In this document: piece by piece, positions 1 through 11,554 of the stretch
How positions within the stretch are numbered: the first letter of the stretch is position 1
Layout: each line of letters starts with the position of its first letter
Assembly (NCBI RefSeq): GCF_030144855.1
Contig: NC_082731.1
Coordinates: forward strand, 20,212,001-20,276,000
Direction of reading: 5' to 3'
Source of the DNA: Hypanus sabinus
Lineage: Eukaryota
Length of the DNA: 64,000 bases
Notes under the pieces: model-generated
Seen by the model: only the letters and a program-made list of their open reading frames with translations
The model's database searches: none
What the model was told of the DNA's origin: nothing
Made by a program: the position numbers and the translations under genes

Positions 1-755
1 GAAAAAAATGAAGGAGACTTAAGAGCACTGAAATTTTGTGAGGGAGAGTTAGAGAGAAATGGTGATCGATACAGCAGTAAGTAGAAGGAGAGGCAGGGGA
101 AGAGAGAGAAGCTGGGAAGGGGAAAATTAGTGGACGAAGAATGTAAGAAAGGATTGTGGTCCTGACAGCGTAGGGTACTGTTTATCGCGAAGCTGTTTAC
201 AATTCTGGGCATCGGATTTCGGTGTTCGATTCCTGCGCATCTATAAAGGGCCGGATTACCTCCCTTCGGAAAGTGTGGACATTCTGCGGGATCTTCAGTC
301 TCCACCTACAGCCCAAAGATGTACTGATAAGTCTGTCAATATCTCATTATAATTCGAGTTGTGATTAGGTTAGGGTCTTGGATCTCTAGATCTGAAACTC
401 GGTGCCCGATGGGAGTATTCCGTGATCGACTGCTCAGGAAATAAATAAAACAAAAGTTGAAAGTGTACGACTAAGAAAGCTTGAGAGAGATAGAAAGAAC
501 GAGTAAGCGAGAGAAAGGGAAAGGAAAAGACGGAACAAGAGGGAAGGAAGGATATATCGGGGGAGGTGCTTAAGAAAACAATTTCGTAGTATGAAAATCA
601 AGAGGGAAAGACAAAGTATAAGGCAGGGACGAGATAAAGGAAAGCAACGCTTGTGAAAATGAAGGAACGATCGATGCAGGGATACGGAAGGGGATGTAAA
701 ATGGAAGGTTAGCGATGAATATGATGTGAGGCGTTCAGAGAGAGATGGATAGAGT

Positions 756-758
<3 letters not shown>

Positions 759-842
<84 letters not shown>
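759..842. repeat. (AG)42 microsatellite upstream of V1
   Basis: Direct count. Confidence 0.95.
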
Positions 843-846
<4 letters not shown>

Positions 847-1367
847 CAAGATGATAAATAAGACTCAATATTCACCAGACCAATTCCTGAAATGAATTTA
901 CCTGCAGAGAGGAATATAGAAAAAGACCAAGCATTGAGAAAAGACACACGGAATAAATGCCGGAGAGTCAGAGAGCCCTATGGAGAACATGTCATAATGA
1001 ATGAGGGATAGATAGATAGAGAGATAGATAGTTAGACAGATGGAGAACGAGAGAGTGGATGTGAGTGTGAGAGAGAGGTTTTGTAGAACAGATAGAACGA
1101 ATGAGGGGCAAGCATATGGTAAGAATATAGAGCTTTGAAGAATAGAGGGCTATCGATAAGCCTCGGTAGTTCTAAGGTAAGGACATGCTCAGCATAGCTT
1201 TGTGGTCCGAACGGCCTGTATTGTGCTGTAGGTTTTCTATGTTTCAGTGCTTCTAGTGAGAGAGACTGCAAATAAGAGAAAGGAGGAGAAACATTTCGAG
1301 GAAGTAATACGAGATAGAAAGTGGTGTAAAGGCAAGCAAAAACAACAAAAAGAACTGAAACAAAATG

Positions 1368-1412
1368 TGATTGGTGTCCGGACCGGATTCATTCGGCGCT
1401 CACAGCCAATCA
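1368..1412 (+). promoter_or_regulatory. V1 promoter: inverted CCAAT pair
   Basis: TGATTGG ... AGCCAATCA, 133-177 bp upstream of the ATG, conserved in all six V genes. Confidence 0.6.
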
Positions 1413-1544
1413 ATGCAACGGCAGGACTGCGCCCCCACATTTACGGAAGCTGACATATGCCTAAGGTCTGATGTTACTCTTCAGTATCGGTCAGGGATAT
1501 TAACTTACTGGACTGCAAGTAAGCTGTCTTTCGAACCGGACACC

Positions 1545-1977
1545 ATGAATTTCCTGTGCTTTCTGCTGATTATATTTGCTTTGATGCCCGGTGAGTCTTC
1601 GCGGTAACGGTCCGTATCTGTTCCTTATGTCCGGAGAAAGCTCGATTTGTTCACGCATTCTGTCATTTTATTGCAGGAGCAATGGGGAAAGATTCCGTGA
1701 CGCAATGGCCGACTGATATAACGATTGTGGAAGATCAAAATGTAACACTGAACTGCAATTACACTGGTAATCCTTACAATCTCTCTTGGTACATTCAGCA
1801 TCGAGTGGAACCTCCAAAATACTTGCTAAATATGTACAGCAGCGGAAAAATTGAGCGTCATGCAGAATGTCCGGCGCGGTTTTCTGGTGGTTGGTAGAGA
1901 GACAACAAGACAGCACATTTGGAGATCTCTGGTGCTTTCGTGTCGGACTCCGCCGTGTACCTTTGTGCCATCAGTCC
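1545..1977 (+). pseudogene. TRAV: TCR alpha/delta-like V gene V1, join(1545..1590,1677..1977); premature stop CAG>TAG at 1895-1897
   Basis: Leader MNFLCFLLIIFALMP|G, GTGAGT donor at 1591, TTGCAG acceptor at 1676. V-set motifs DSVTQ, VTLNC, WYIQ, PARFSG, DSAVYLCA. The frame is intact apart from one TAG. Alpha versus delta assignment and orthology are unresolved. Confidence 0.9.
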
Positions 1978-2016
1978 CACAGTGTTGTAAGGTGATGACA
2001 GCGCCGGACAAAATCC
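1978..2016 (+). other. 23-RSS of V1
   Basis: CACAGTG + 23 bp + ACAAAATCC. Confidence 0.95.
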
Positions 2017-2036
2017 GTCTACGATGCAGTGAGCGC

Positions 2037-2050
2037 TCGCTAGAGGGGGC
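2037..2050 (+). promoter_or_regulatory. CTCF-like motif 20 bp 3' of the V1 RSS
   Basis: TCGCTAGAGGGGGC versus core CCASYAGRKGGCRS. Confidence 0.45.
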
Positions 2051-2839
2051 TCTTTACCCGGAAGCTGGCAGGAGCGCAAAAACATATCCCCACGGTCACG
2101 TGATCGACTTAAGAATTCGAACATTATTCTCAGATGATATGCAGATTTGATGAAATCTCCGTCAATGGCAGCTGTACCAATTTGCTCAAGCTGAAATGTT
2201 ACAAAATATTTCCCAAACACATGCCATATTTTAGTTGATATAGGGGCGATAGTATCGATAACTGATATGGCTATTGCAACAAATGGACAGGATATTATAT
2301 TACGGCTGCAGGCGAAATAATGGTGAAAATACAAAGAAACGAATTGCAGATAATCGAAATAGGCTAACCGGCACTTTGAGTGAACTTCAGGATCTGTCCA
2401 AATAATGAGGGTACTATTCTCGGAATAGACACTGAAAGGGAAGGAAGGGCTATTGCAGATCAAGGAAATTGCAATAATATGCACAAGCCAAGGGCAGCGA
2501 GCACGTGCGCAACGTAGTCAGCGTAATCACTCTGACAGCTGTTCACAAGGCAGTAACGGCAATTCGGGATACTGGATTAAATCCCCGAGCGCTCTCCTCA
2601 CAGAGAGGGCGGCACAAGGATGTCAAATAGGAATAGAGCAGGAGAAATATATGGATGAAGAGGAAACACCTCAGTACGGAAAGCAAGGACTCGCTTTGTG
2701 GATGGGTCTTGGAGGTAAAAGAACTTGCAAATGTCTAGGAAGGAACGTCGGAAGTCAGTTGAATAAAAACAGACAGCGCCGAGGAGCCCCTTGGGTAACA
2801 TTCAAAAAGCAAGGGGAAACTGTTATGTCTGGTTATTAT

Positions 2840-2987
2840 GAACAAAAGAAAATCTGCAGATGCTGGAAATCCCAGAAATACACACAAAGTGCTGGAGGAA
2901 TTGACCTGATCAGGCAGCATCTCTGTAGTGATGATCTGTAATTAAGCTTCCTGGTTTGCTGCGTTCTTCCAGCATTTTGGGTGCATT
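2840..2987. repeat. PLE-terminus-derived inverted repeat (hairpin)
   Basis: ACACACAAAGTGCTGGAGGAA..CAGGCAGC / GCT..CTGG..TTCYTCCAGCATTTTG arms. Copies at ~4896, 16968, 29345, 31336, 39144, 44911 and 51456; deleted at ~23485 and ~58345. Confidence 0.6.
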
Positions 2988-3932
2988 TTTCTTGCAATTA
3001 TGGATCACTTCATTCAGCGGGTTGAACCTTTCCGAACCAGAGACTACACCGCCAGAAGCGCAGCACGGAGTGTTGTCAGGTAACCCTACCAAGGTAAAGA
3101 ACTCTTCCAGATTGACTGCAACCAGGAAGCATATTTCACAAGAAGAGTAATAAATGAAATGTGCCGTCTGCGGGGGATTCGACAGCAGTCCCACATACAC
3201 TATCGGCAAGGACGCGGGGCCTGGAAGATTAATGAGCCTTCAGGGTTCCGGTCCTCGACGCGGTCTGATTCATGGCCGGTGCTGCCGCCTAATGTGATGT
3301 TTGAGTACGCGGAAGATCCAAAGCAGCAAGACATGGATGATCAGAGAGATCCATTGGGAAAGGAGATCCCAAATACGAGCGACCAAGTCACGGTGATGGT
3401 GTTGTTGAAAGTGTATGTTCCCTGATGTATCGGACCACAGATGGTACTTTTAAAAAGTGAAACTAGTTTGTGGAGACTTCACGGGCAGCCAGTGGAAACA
3501 ATAGATTCAGGTTATACTGTCCGACTCTGCTTCTTCTTGCCACCGCACGAAAAGCGGCAGCAGGAGTGCAGCTAGTAACCGTGTAATTGACTAAGATTCA
3601 ATCGGTCAGCAAAGAAAGACCCAACAGGCATACGCATGAAGCTGCATTTCTGAAGACTGTTAGACCACGGACCAGACAATGTGTATTAAAATTCATTTAT
3701 ATCTTTGCGGTATGGCTGCGAATCGTTATGTGTGAGGCTTGTGTCTGATTCCAAAGAAGGTATTATGGGTGCATTATAAATGTGGAATTGTCCTTTGAGG
3801 GTGAGTGCATAATATATGAGCTAGCCTGGGCAGCGAGACAATTCAACGGAAGGGCCTCAATATAGTGTATTGCCTGCTGTATCTTGTTTTTCTAAAAAAC
3901 TCACCCTGAGTTTTATCGGCTCTTGTTTTTAG

Positions 3933-4110
3933 GTGTCCCGTTTGCTCCACCCTCTCCTAAGGGAACCTCCTACCTACCTCTCCCTCTCTGCTTTCCGCAG
4001 GGATTGCCATTTCCGGGATTCCTATTCATTTGTCCTCACCACTAATCTTCTACCAGGCCCTTATTATTATAAGCGGATTGATAGCTACACCTGCCTCACT
4101 ACCACTGAGA
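3933..4110 (+). mobile_element. Ancient PLE RT/GIY-YIG linker fragment carried in each monomer
   Basis: HPLLREPPT..SAFRRD..RDS..TNL.PG.Y..KR resembles the PLE motif RDPTT..SAFRRD.SLRDS..PGTYPCKR. Other copies at ~19610, 26000, 30427, 41919, 54136 and 60970. Confidence 0.6.
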
Positions 4111-5053
4111 ACCGAATACGTTTTACTTATTTTCTGCCTCAGTGGCGTGTCCTCCGTTTGGCGGAGGGAAGACGTGATGAGAGAAGCGCGTCTGAATTGC
4201 GGTTTGCGAGTGAGCAGAGGGGAGGGTAAAATCCAGGGAAAAGTGTGGGGTTCTAATGTGGTGCGAAAATGGAGGGAGAAATAGGGCGATTGGGACACTG
4301 GAATTAATCCCGCGAGTATACTTCTCACAGAGAGGGAGGCCACGGATGTCAAATAGGAATGGAGCAAGAAAATTATATGGGAGCATATGAAACAGCTCTG
4401 GAGGAAAAGCAGAAAAGTTTTGTGGATGTGTCTCGGATGTAGATAAACTGGAACACACGGTCTGGGTGCACTGTAGTGAAGGATGCAGGTCAAGAGTGAG
4501 CTTCAACAGGACAGCCAGGGGTTTGCTAAAATCCGGTGGCCGACCTGTTGGCCCCGATAGAAACAATGCTCTACAGCAAAGGCAGACAAGCAAATATATA
4601 TTCAGACTGTCCGTATACTTTCGGGGCGGTTATCGGATGGCTGGGGGACAATGAGGATTTGTAACCACAACAGGTGCAGGTATTCAGCACGGGCACACAA
4701 TACAACAAATGCTGGACGCACTCTCTGCCAGCTCAAGTGACATTACCTAAAGCGGAATCTCAGAAGTAAGAAAAGAATAAGGAGCAGAAAGTAGTAACAG
4801 GAAATTGGAAGTATGCAGGAAGAAACGTCGGAAGCCAGTTTAATAAAAATTCCATTCCATTCCAAAAAGGGGGAAACCTTATGTCTCGACATTATGAACA
4901 AAAGGAAATCTGCAGATGCTGGAAATTCAAGAAATACTCACAATATGTTGGAGGAATTGACCTGACCAGGTAGCATCTCTGCAGTGATGAACTGTGATGA
5001 AGCTGCCTGGCCTGCTGCGTTCCTCCAGCATTGTGAGTGTACTGTCTTGTAAT

Positions 5054-8000
5054 TATAGACTACTTCCACTGCTTTAACCTCGTCAACTTTCCTAGTAGCC
5101 TCTTCAAAAATTCAATAGGAATTGTCAAAAATGACCATCTACGCACAAATCCATGTTGACTGTTCCTAATCAAATCCTGACTATCCAGATAATTATATAT
5201 ACCAACTCTATGAAGACTTTCGATTAATTTAACCACCACTTACGACAAACGTACAGGGCGATAATTTCTGGAATTACTCTTAGAAACCTTTTTAAACAAT
5301 GGAACAACATGAGCAATATGCCAAACCGCCGGCACCATACCCGTTTCTAATGACATTTGAAAAATTTCTGTCAGAGCTCCTGTTATTTCTACACAAACTT
5401 CCCTCCAGGTCCTGGGGAAATCCTGTCAGGATCCTGAGACTTATGCACTTTTATATTCTTTAAAATCGCCAGTATTTCCTCTTCTTTAATCATCATAGAT
5501 TCTCTGACCTGATTCCCATACCTGATACAATTCAGTACCCTCCTCCTTAGTGAATACCGAAGAAAAGAAATTGTTCAAAATCTCCTCCATCTCTTTTGGC
5601 TTCACACATTGCGGTCCAACCTCATTCGCTAAGTGTCCAATTTTATCCCTCACTATCATTTTGCTATTAATATAACTCTAGAAACCCTTTGGATTTATTT
5701 TCACCTTACTTGGCTAAACAACCTCTTATCTTCTTTTAGCTTTTCTAATTTCATTAATAAGATAGTTCTTACATTCTTTATATTCCTCGAGCACCTCATT
5801 TACTCCATGCTGCCGATATTTATTGTAGAATCTCTGTCTTTTCCCGTGCAAAGTTTACAATGTCCTTTGAAAACCATGGCTCTCTCAAACATTTAACCTT
5901 TCCTTTCAACCTAACAGGAACAGAAAGATTATGTAGCCTCAAAAATTCACCTTTAAATGACTTCCAATTCTCTATTACATCCTTCCCATAAAACAAATTA
6001 TCCCAATCCACTCTTCTAAATCCTTTTGCATCTTCTCAAAGTTAGCCTTTCTCCAATTAAAAATCTCAACCGGTGGTCCAGTCCTATCCTTCGCCAAAAT
6101 TATACTGGAAGTAATGGCATTATGATCACTGGACCCGAAGTTGTCCCCAAGACAGACCTCCGTCACGTGACCTATCTCATCCCCTAACAGGAGATCCAAC
6201 ACTGTCCCTTGTCTAGATGGTACCCCTATGTCCTGCTGCTGCTGCAAAAAAAAAAAAAATACATTCTGCACACATTTTAAAAAAACTCCAACCATTCTGC
6301 CTTTTACAGAATGGGCTTCCCAGTCTATGTGTGGAGAATTGAAATCTGCCACAATCACACCCTTGTGCTTACTAAAAATACCTCCTATCTCCTTACAAGT
6401 TTGCTTCACCAGTTCTCGCTCTCCGTTACGTGGTCAAAAATACACCCATATAAGTGTTACTACACCAATCTCATCCCTCATTTCCAACCAAATAGTCTCC
6501 CTAGACGAGCCCTCTAATCTGTCCTGCCAAAGCACCGCAGTAATATTTTCTCTGACAAGCAATGCAACACCTTCCCCTCTCGCCCCTCCGATTCTATCAC
6601 ACTTGAAGCAAAGAAATCCGGGAAAATTAATTGCCAATCACACCCTCCTTCACTAATAGCTACAGCATCATATTTCCAGGTATCAATCCACGCTCTAAAC
6701 TCATCCACCTTTACTACAATGTTCCTAGCATTAAAATAAATGTATTTAAGAAACGCTCCACCTCTTACCGTCTGTTTATCCCGGACGGTGCAAACAACTT
6801 TATTATCTTCTTTTTCTTCCGTCTCCCCTTATAACTTCGGTCTGAGCGCTCCCCTACTCTGTCACCTGCCTATCCTCCCTCACACACTGTCTACTAGTTT
6901 TCTCTATTTGTGAATTTAGCTTCTATCTCCGAGTCTCTTCAATTTGACTCACACCCCTAACCATTCGGTTTAAAGTCTATCCAGTAGCCTTAGCAAATCT
7001 ACCCGCCAGGATATTGGCCCTCCTGGGATTCAAATGCAACCCGTCCTTTCTGCACAGGGCACACCTACCCGAAATGAGGCCCCAATGATCCAGAAACTTG
7101 AATCCCTGCCTCTTGCTCCAATCCCTCAGCCACACATTTATTCTCCACCTCACTCCATTCCTATTCTCACTGTCGCGTGTCACAGGCAGTAATCCCGAGA
7201 TTACTACCTTTGCGGTCCTTCTGCTCAGATGCCTTCCTAACTACCTATGTTCTCCTTTCAGGACCTTTTCCCTTTTCCTACCTATGTCATTGGTACCTAT
7301 ATGTACCACGACCTCTGGCTCCTCACCCTCCCACTTCAGGATATCTTGGACGCGATCAGAAACATCCGGGACCCTGACACCAGAGAGGCAAACTACCATC
7401 CGGGTCTCCTGACTGCTTCCACAGAATCGCCTATCTGACCCCCTGACTATCGAGTTCCCTATTACTACTGCCTCTTCCTTTCCCTACCCTTCTGAGCTAC
7501 AGGGCCGGTCTTTGTGTCGGAGGCACGGCCACTGTTGCTTCCCACAGATAGGCTGTCCCCCCAACAGTACTCAAACAGGGGTACTTATTATCAAGGTGTA
7601 CAACCACCTAGGTTCTCTCTAGTGCCTGACTCTCCCCCTTCCCTCTCCTAACCGTGACCCACTTGTCTGCCTCCCGTGGCCCTGATGTGGGCACTTGCTT
7701 GTAACTCCTCTCTATCAGCTCTTCACTCTCCCTGATCAGACGAAGGTCACGGAGCTGCAGTTCCAGTTCCCAAACACGGTCCCTTAGGAGCTGCGGTTTG
7801 TTTCATCTGGCGCAGATATGGTCGGCCGAGAGGCGAGGAGACTCCAGAACCTCGCACATCTGACACCAAGAACAATAAGCTGCCCTCTCGCTCATTATTC
7901 CCTCTTTGCTCAAATAACAGGAAAAATTGAAAAATAAACCTATCTTGCCACGCTTATTTCCGCCTAAACCCGTCGAGCTAAAGCCCTTAAGACTTCACTG

Positions 8001-8253
8001 TGCACCCAGCTCGCTCTGCTACCCGCAAACGACGCTACCCGCTGTGAGGCTGAGTTCCTTTTAAATTTTCCGCGCTTCAGTGCCCGCCGTCACACACCTG
8101 CGCAGTCCCGCCTCTCTTAACCCCGATGAGATGAAAACATCGAAATGGCTCACACAGAACTCCGGTTCTGATTTCAGACTTACTTCTCCAAATTAAACCT
8201 GAATCAGGATTTCTTTCCTTTTAAATCTTCCAGAGTCCAGGTGGACTCTGATC
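5054..8253 (-). mobile_element. CR1 LINE, 5' portion (5'UTR, ORF1 ~7895-6977, ORF2 endonuclease to early RT), 3'-truncated and disrupted
   Basis: ORF1 N-terminal zinc-finger/leucine-zipper (MSERAAYCSWCQMCEV..HICAR..LELQLRDL) and SGNH esterase region (RINVWLRDW..DGLHLN). ORF2 DEFRAWIDTWKYD, DFNSPHIDW, LDLLLG, SSDHNAI, NWRKANF, LREPWF; it ends at the VDE.KAV.VVY motif. Confidence 0.9.
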
Positions 8254-9134
8254 AGAAAGCACATTTCATAGGGAAAATAATAACTGAAATGTGCCGACTG
8301 CGATGGCTTCGATAACAGTTCCACATACTCTACCACCAGGATTAGTGGTAATTCGTGGTAAGATTAGTGCGCCTTCAGGGTTCCGGACCTGGAGGCGGGC
8401 TGATTCGAAGCTGGTTCTGCCACCTGATGGGTTGTGTGAGAACACGGGGGATTTAAAGCAGCAAGAACTGGAGACCCGAGTTCTTTGAACACAGGGCTTG
8501 GAAAAAGCGACGCCACAGACTTTCAACACCATAAATCAGCGAAACGTTTGTTACGTCTCTCCTCTCGCTGTGAAAAGGGAACACCTCTTTTCCATTTAGA
8601 TGGGACAAAGAGATCATATGATATGTCGACTACTGGTTGAAGGATTTGTCTTTGATGTACTGCATATATCTGTCTTTCTTAATGCTTTGCTGAAGGGCTG
8701 AGTGCTCTTGTTGGGTATCGATGCTTTTTTACTGGGGTGGGTGATGCTGCTTATGCGTGGCAGGTGAGTGTTGGGGGTCGGATTTGCCTTTCTAATATCT
8801 GCGATTCGTTCTTTGGTGCACCCCTCTATTTTCCTGGACGTTTTCGAAGAAATATTATTGTCCGATGTGTATTGTATACATTTCTCTAACAATAAATGTA
8901 TGTATTTAGCTTATCGAATCCAATGTACCCTTAGAGTTCAGGAATCGTAGAAACAATAAACCAAAGAATACCTTTGCGAAACTACAGCTGATTGGAAAGA
9001 CATGGGTCTATGTATTACCATTCATCCTTTCAGCAGCTGCGGCCAGCGATCGACTGGGTAGTTCGGGCAGGAGTGCAACCAGAGAGAGGTCGTTACAGTA
9101 ATTGAAATGCAGACCAGCCGAACCCCTTTATTCT

Positions 9135-9345
9135 AAGTCTATCTCTTGTTTCAAGGTTTGCCTATGAGACTCCGTTTCCATGTGTCTAGGCACCGCATCA
9201 AGGCCCCGTGTCAAGGTTCCATATCAGGGATTTGTGTCAAGATTTTTCCTGCTTGCTGTTCGGCGTTTACCTCCGTGTAAGCATCCGGACCCAATCTCCG
9301 TGCCTGTGTCCTGCCCTTGGGTTCGCTTCCTACGCTTTTGTAACA
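9135..9345 (+). mobile_element. Truncated LTR 3' end
   Basis: GTGTCCTGCCCTTGGGTTC..TGTAACA resembles the 3' terminus of the solo LTR; paralogs at ~35590-35786 and ~46095-46285. Confidence 0.45.
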
Positions 9346-11176
9346 CACTCGTGTTGCATTTTCAAATGTCCTACTGCTGATGATAATTCGGATACCATGT
9401 CACTCCTGCGTTGGTTGCATTCCTCATGACTTTTCTTCCTGGTGAGAGGCAGCCTAACTGAAAAGTCCTTCTCTACTTGTTCAGTGCCATCAGGGCCGCT
9501 CTCAAACCTATTCATTACAGGTACGAGATTCGTTGAGTGGGACCCGCAGAAATTAAAGTTCATGGAATCTGCGGCTACACAGAAGCTGGCTGAGCCTATA
9601 TGTGGCAAATCGTGGAAAAATGTTGACAATATTCATCACTGGGAATGCTATTCGGCCTGAAGAAAGATCCGTCAGGATGTCGGGTTCTCTGGACAAGAAT
9701 GGCCAACAGTTACCATTTGAGTATTTCCGGGTTTCAGTGCCGGATCGCGCCCCGTTTATTTGTCCTAGTGTAACGGCAGATCTAGATCAAAATCTGATCT
9801 GATTGCAGCAGCTCTCGTACCAGACAGCGCATTCAATTCGCCATCATCATACAATGCAGGCGCGTCCAGGAAACGGAGGCCGCAACACACACTCCCTGGA
9901 CATTGAAGATACGAAGAAAACGTTTTATTAGGGAGAGACAGACCTCGTCGGCTTCTTTCATTTCCAGGGCGAGGCCAAATACAAAGTGGAGAAACTGCTC
10001 CCCGTGTTCGTCGGGGTGTCTGAAAAGCGACGGCATGAAGTTTTCATTCTCCACTTTCAAATATCCCTGCCTTCTCGTTCTCTCGCCAGCTGATTCACTC
10101 AATTCCCTTTGGACTCTTCTTTGAAACTACTGCCCATGTTATCGCCCTTTTCCTTTTCCTTCCTGCTCCAGGTCACCACGCATTGTACTCAGTTGGTCAC
10201 CTACCTCGACCCCTTTCGCAGGAACTGTTCACAGCGGCACACCATCCCTCCTCTATCTGCTTGCAGACTGTTTCACTTTCCCATCAGATCCCACCATCTT
10301 CAGCCCGATTTCTGAAGACAATGTCACTCAACCCTGTCGTCGTCTCTTTGTCCTATCACCTTTCACTGCGTAAATTCTCCTCTCGGCATTTACGATCATA
10401 AACCCCCTCAATATTCTGTATATCCAACAATGTTTATTTCTCTAATTTCCAACACAGACCCACAACGTTGAATCTATGTTATTTTGGTTGAGAACGTCTT
10501 CAGTCCTATAAACAACGAGACTGTTGAAACATCTGCTCTCATAACAGCTACCTCACCCCTCGGGAAGCTCCTTCGAACGGCCTCCGTCGAGGGTTTGCCA
10601 TTTTAAATGAGGGAAATACACAACAGAGGTTCCCCTTTGTCCTTTCCCATCATCGCAGTGTTCCCTACTCTGCTCAGTCAGCATACGAGACATATCGATC
10701 AGATGCTTGAACAATGAACCATTGGTTCCTGCATCCTCCTTCATTCCTCAACAATCGCTTCCACATTTCCGTCGTCTGCTGATAATACTCTTAATCCTTG
10801 TGATTTTAATCATTTTAGGTAGAAAAGTAAAACTAGTCACAAACCTTTTCTGAAAGTTCAACATTGTGCAACCATTATAATAGAAACTGTGCTTGTATGT
10901 GGCAGAGAGAAAGAATGTGTGTGTGCGCGCGCGCGCGATGGGTGTGTCTGTGGGAGAGAGAGGGAGAAAGAGCGGAAGCGAGAGAAAGGAGACAGAGTGA
11001 TAGGGTTGTTGAAGATTTGTGGATGGCTGGACGAGAGGGGAATGAGAAAAAAGAAAGATAATTAACAATAGAGAGGAAACGACACAGAGAACAGCAAAAA
11101 TGTGAAAATGCAAAAGGAGAAAGAGCAAAGCGAAGCCCGAAAGGGTAAAGCGAGAGGAAAGGTGGTAGAGAAGGAG

Positions 11177-11332
11177 NNNNNNNNNNNNNNNNNNNNNNNN
11201 NNNNNNNNNNNNNNNNNNNNNNNNNNNNNNNNNNNNNNNNNNNNNNNNNNNNNNNNNNNNNNNNNNNNNNNNNNNNNNNNNNNNNNNNNNNNNNNNNNNN
11301 NNNNNNNNNNNNNNNNNNNNNNNNNNNNNNNN
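11177..11332. other. N run (gap or mask) in a GA-rich tract
   Basis: 156 N. Confidence 0.95.
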
Positions 11333-11554
11333 GAGAGGGAGGACAAAAAGAAGAGAAAATAAGGGAAAAGAGAAAGAGAAGGTTCAGGAAAGACGTGAGA
11401 GAGAGTGACTAAAAGAGAGAAAGAAGAGAAGGGCAGAGCATGAGGATAATATGCTGTGTAAGAAGATGCGAGAGAAGAACTGAGAGTTAGAAACAGAGAG
11501 ACTCTGTTAAAGCATGCTCGTTCCGTTTGGTTCCATAATTCTTTCATCTTTCAT

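Larger units (their letters stand above)
1..9337 (+). repeat. Segmental duplicate of ~26360-35786 (V1 block vs V3 block, including CR1)
   Basis: Colinear, near-identical sequence with shared deletions and a shared CR1 insertion. Confidence 0.9.

Noticed and set aside
434-947. Ser-Leu repeat ORFs (also at 42732 and across N runs)
   Set aside because: These are translations of (CT)n microsatellites or gaps.
1265-1272. Octamer-like (C/T)TGCAAAT about 275 bp upstream of several V genes
   Set aside because: It has one mismatch to ATGCAAAT, is deleted in V4 and is not at the Ig promoter position, so it does not support an Ig assignment.
1470-1477. CRE-like TGATGTTA in the V1/V3/V6 promoters
   Set aside because: It is not conserved in V2/V4/V5 (TGATTTT) and does not match TGACGTCA.
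2025-2030. TGCAGT as a CTCF upstream (U/M2) motif
   Set aside because: It lies only 6 bp from the core, shorter than the canonical spacing, so it was not counted as support.
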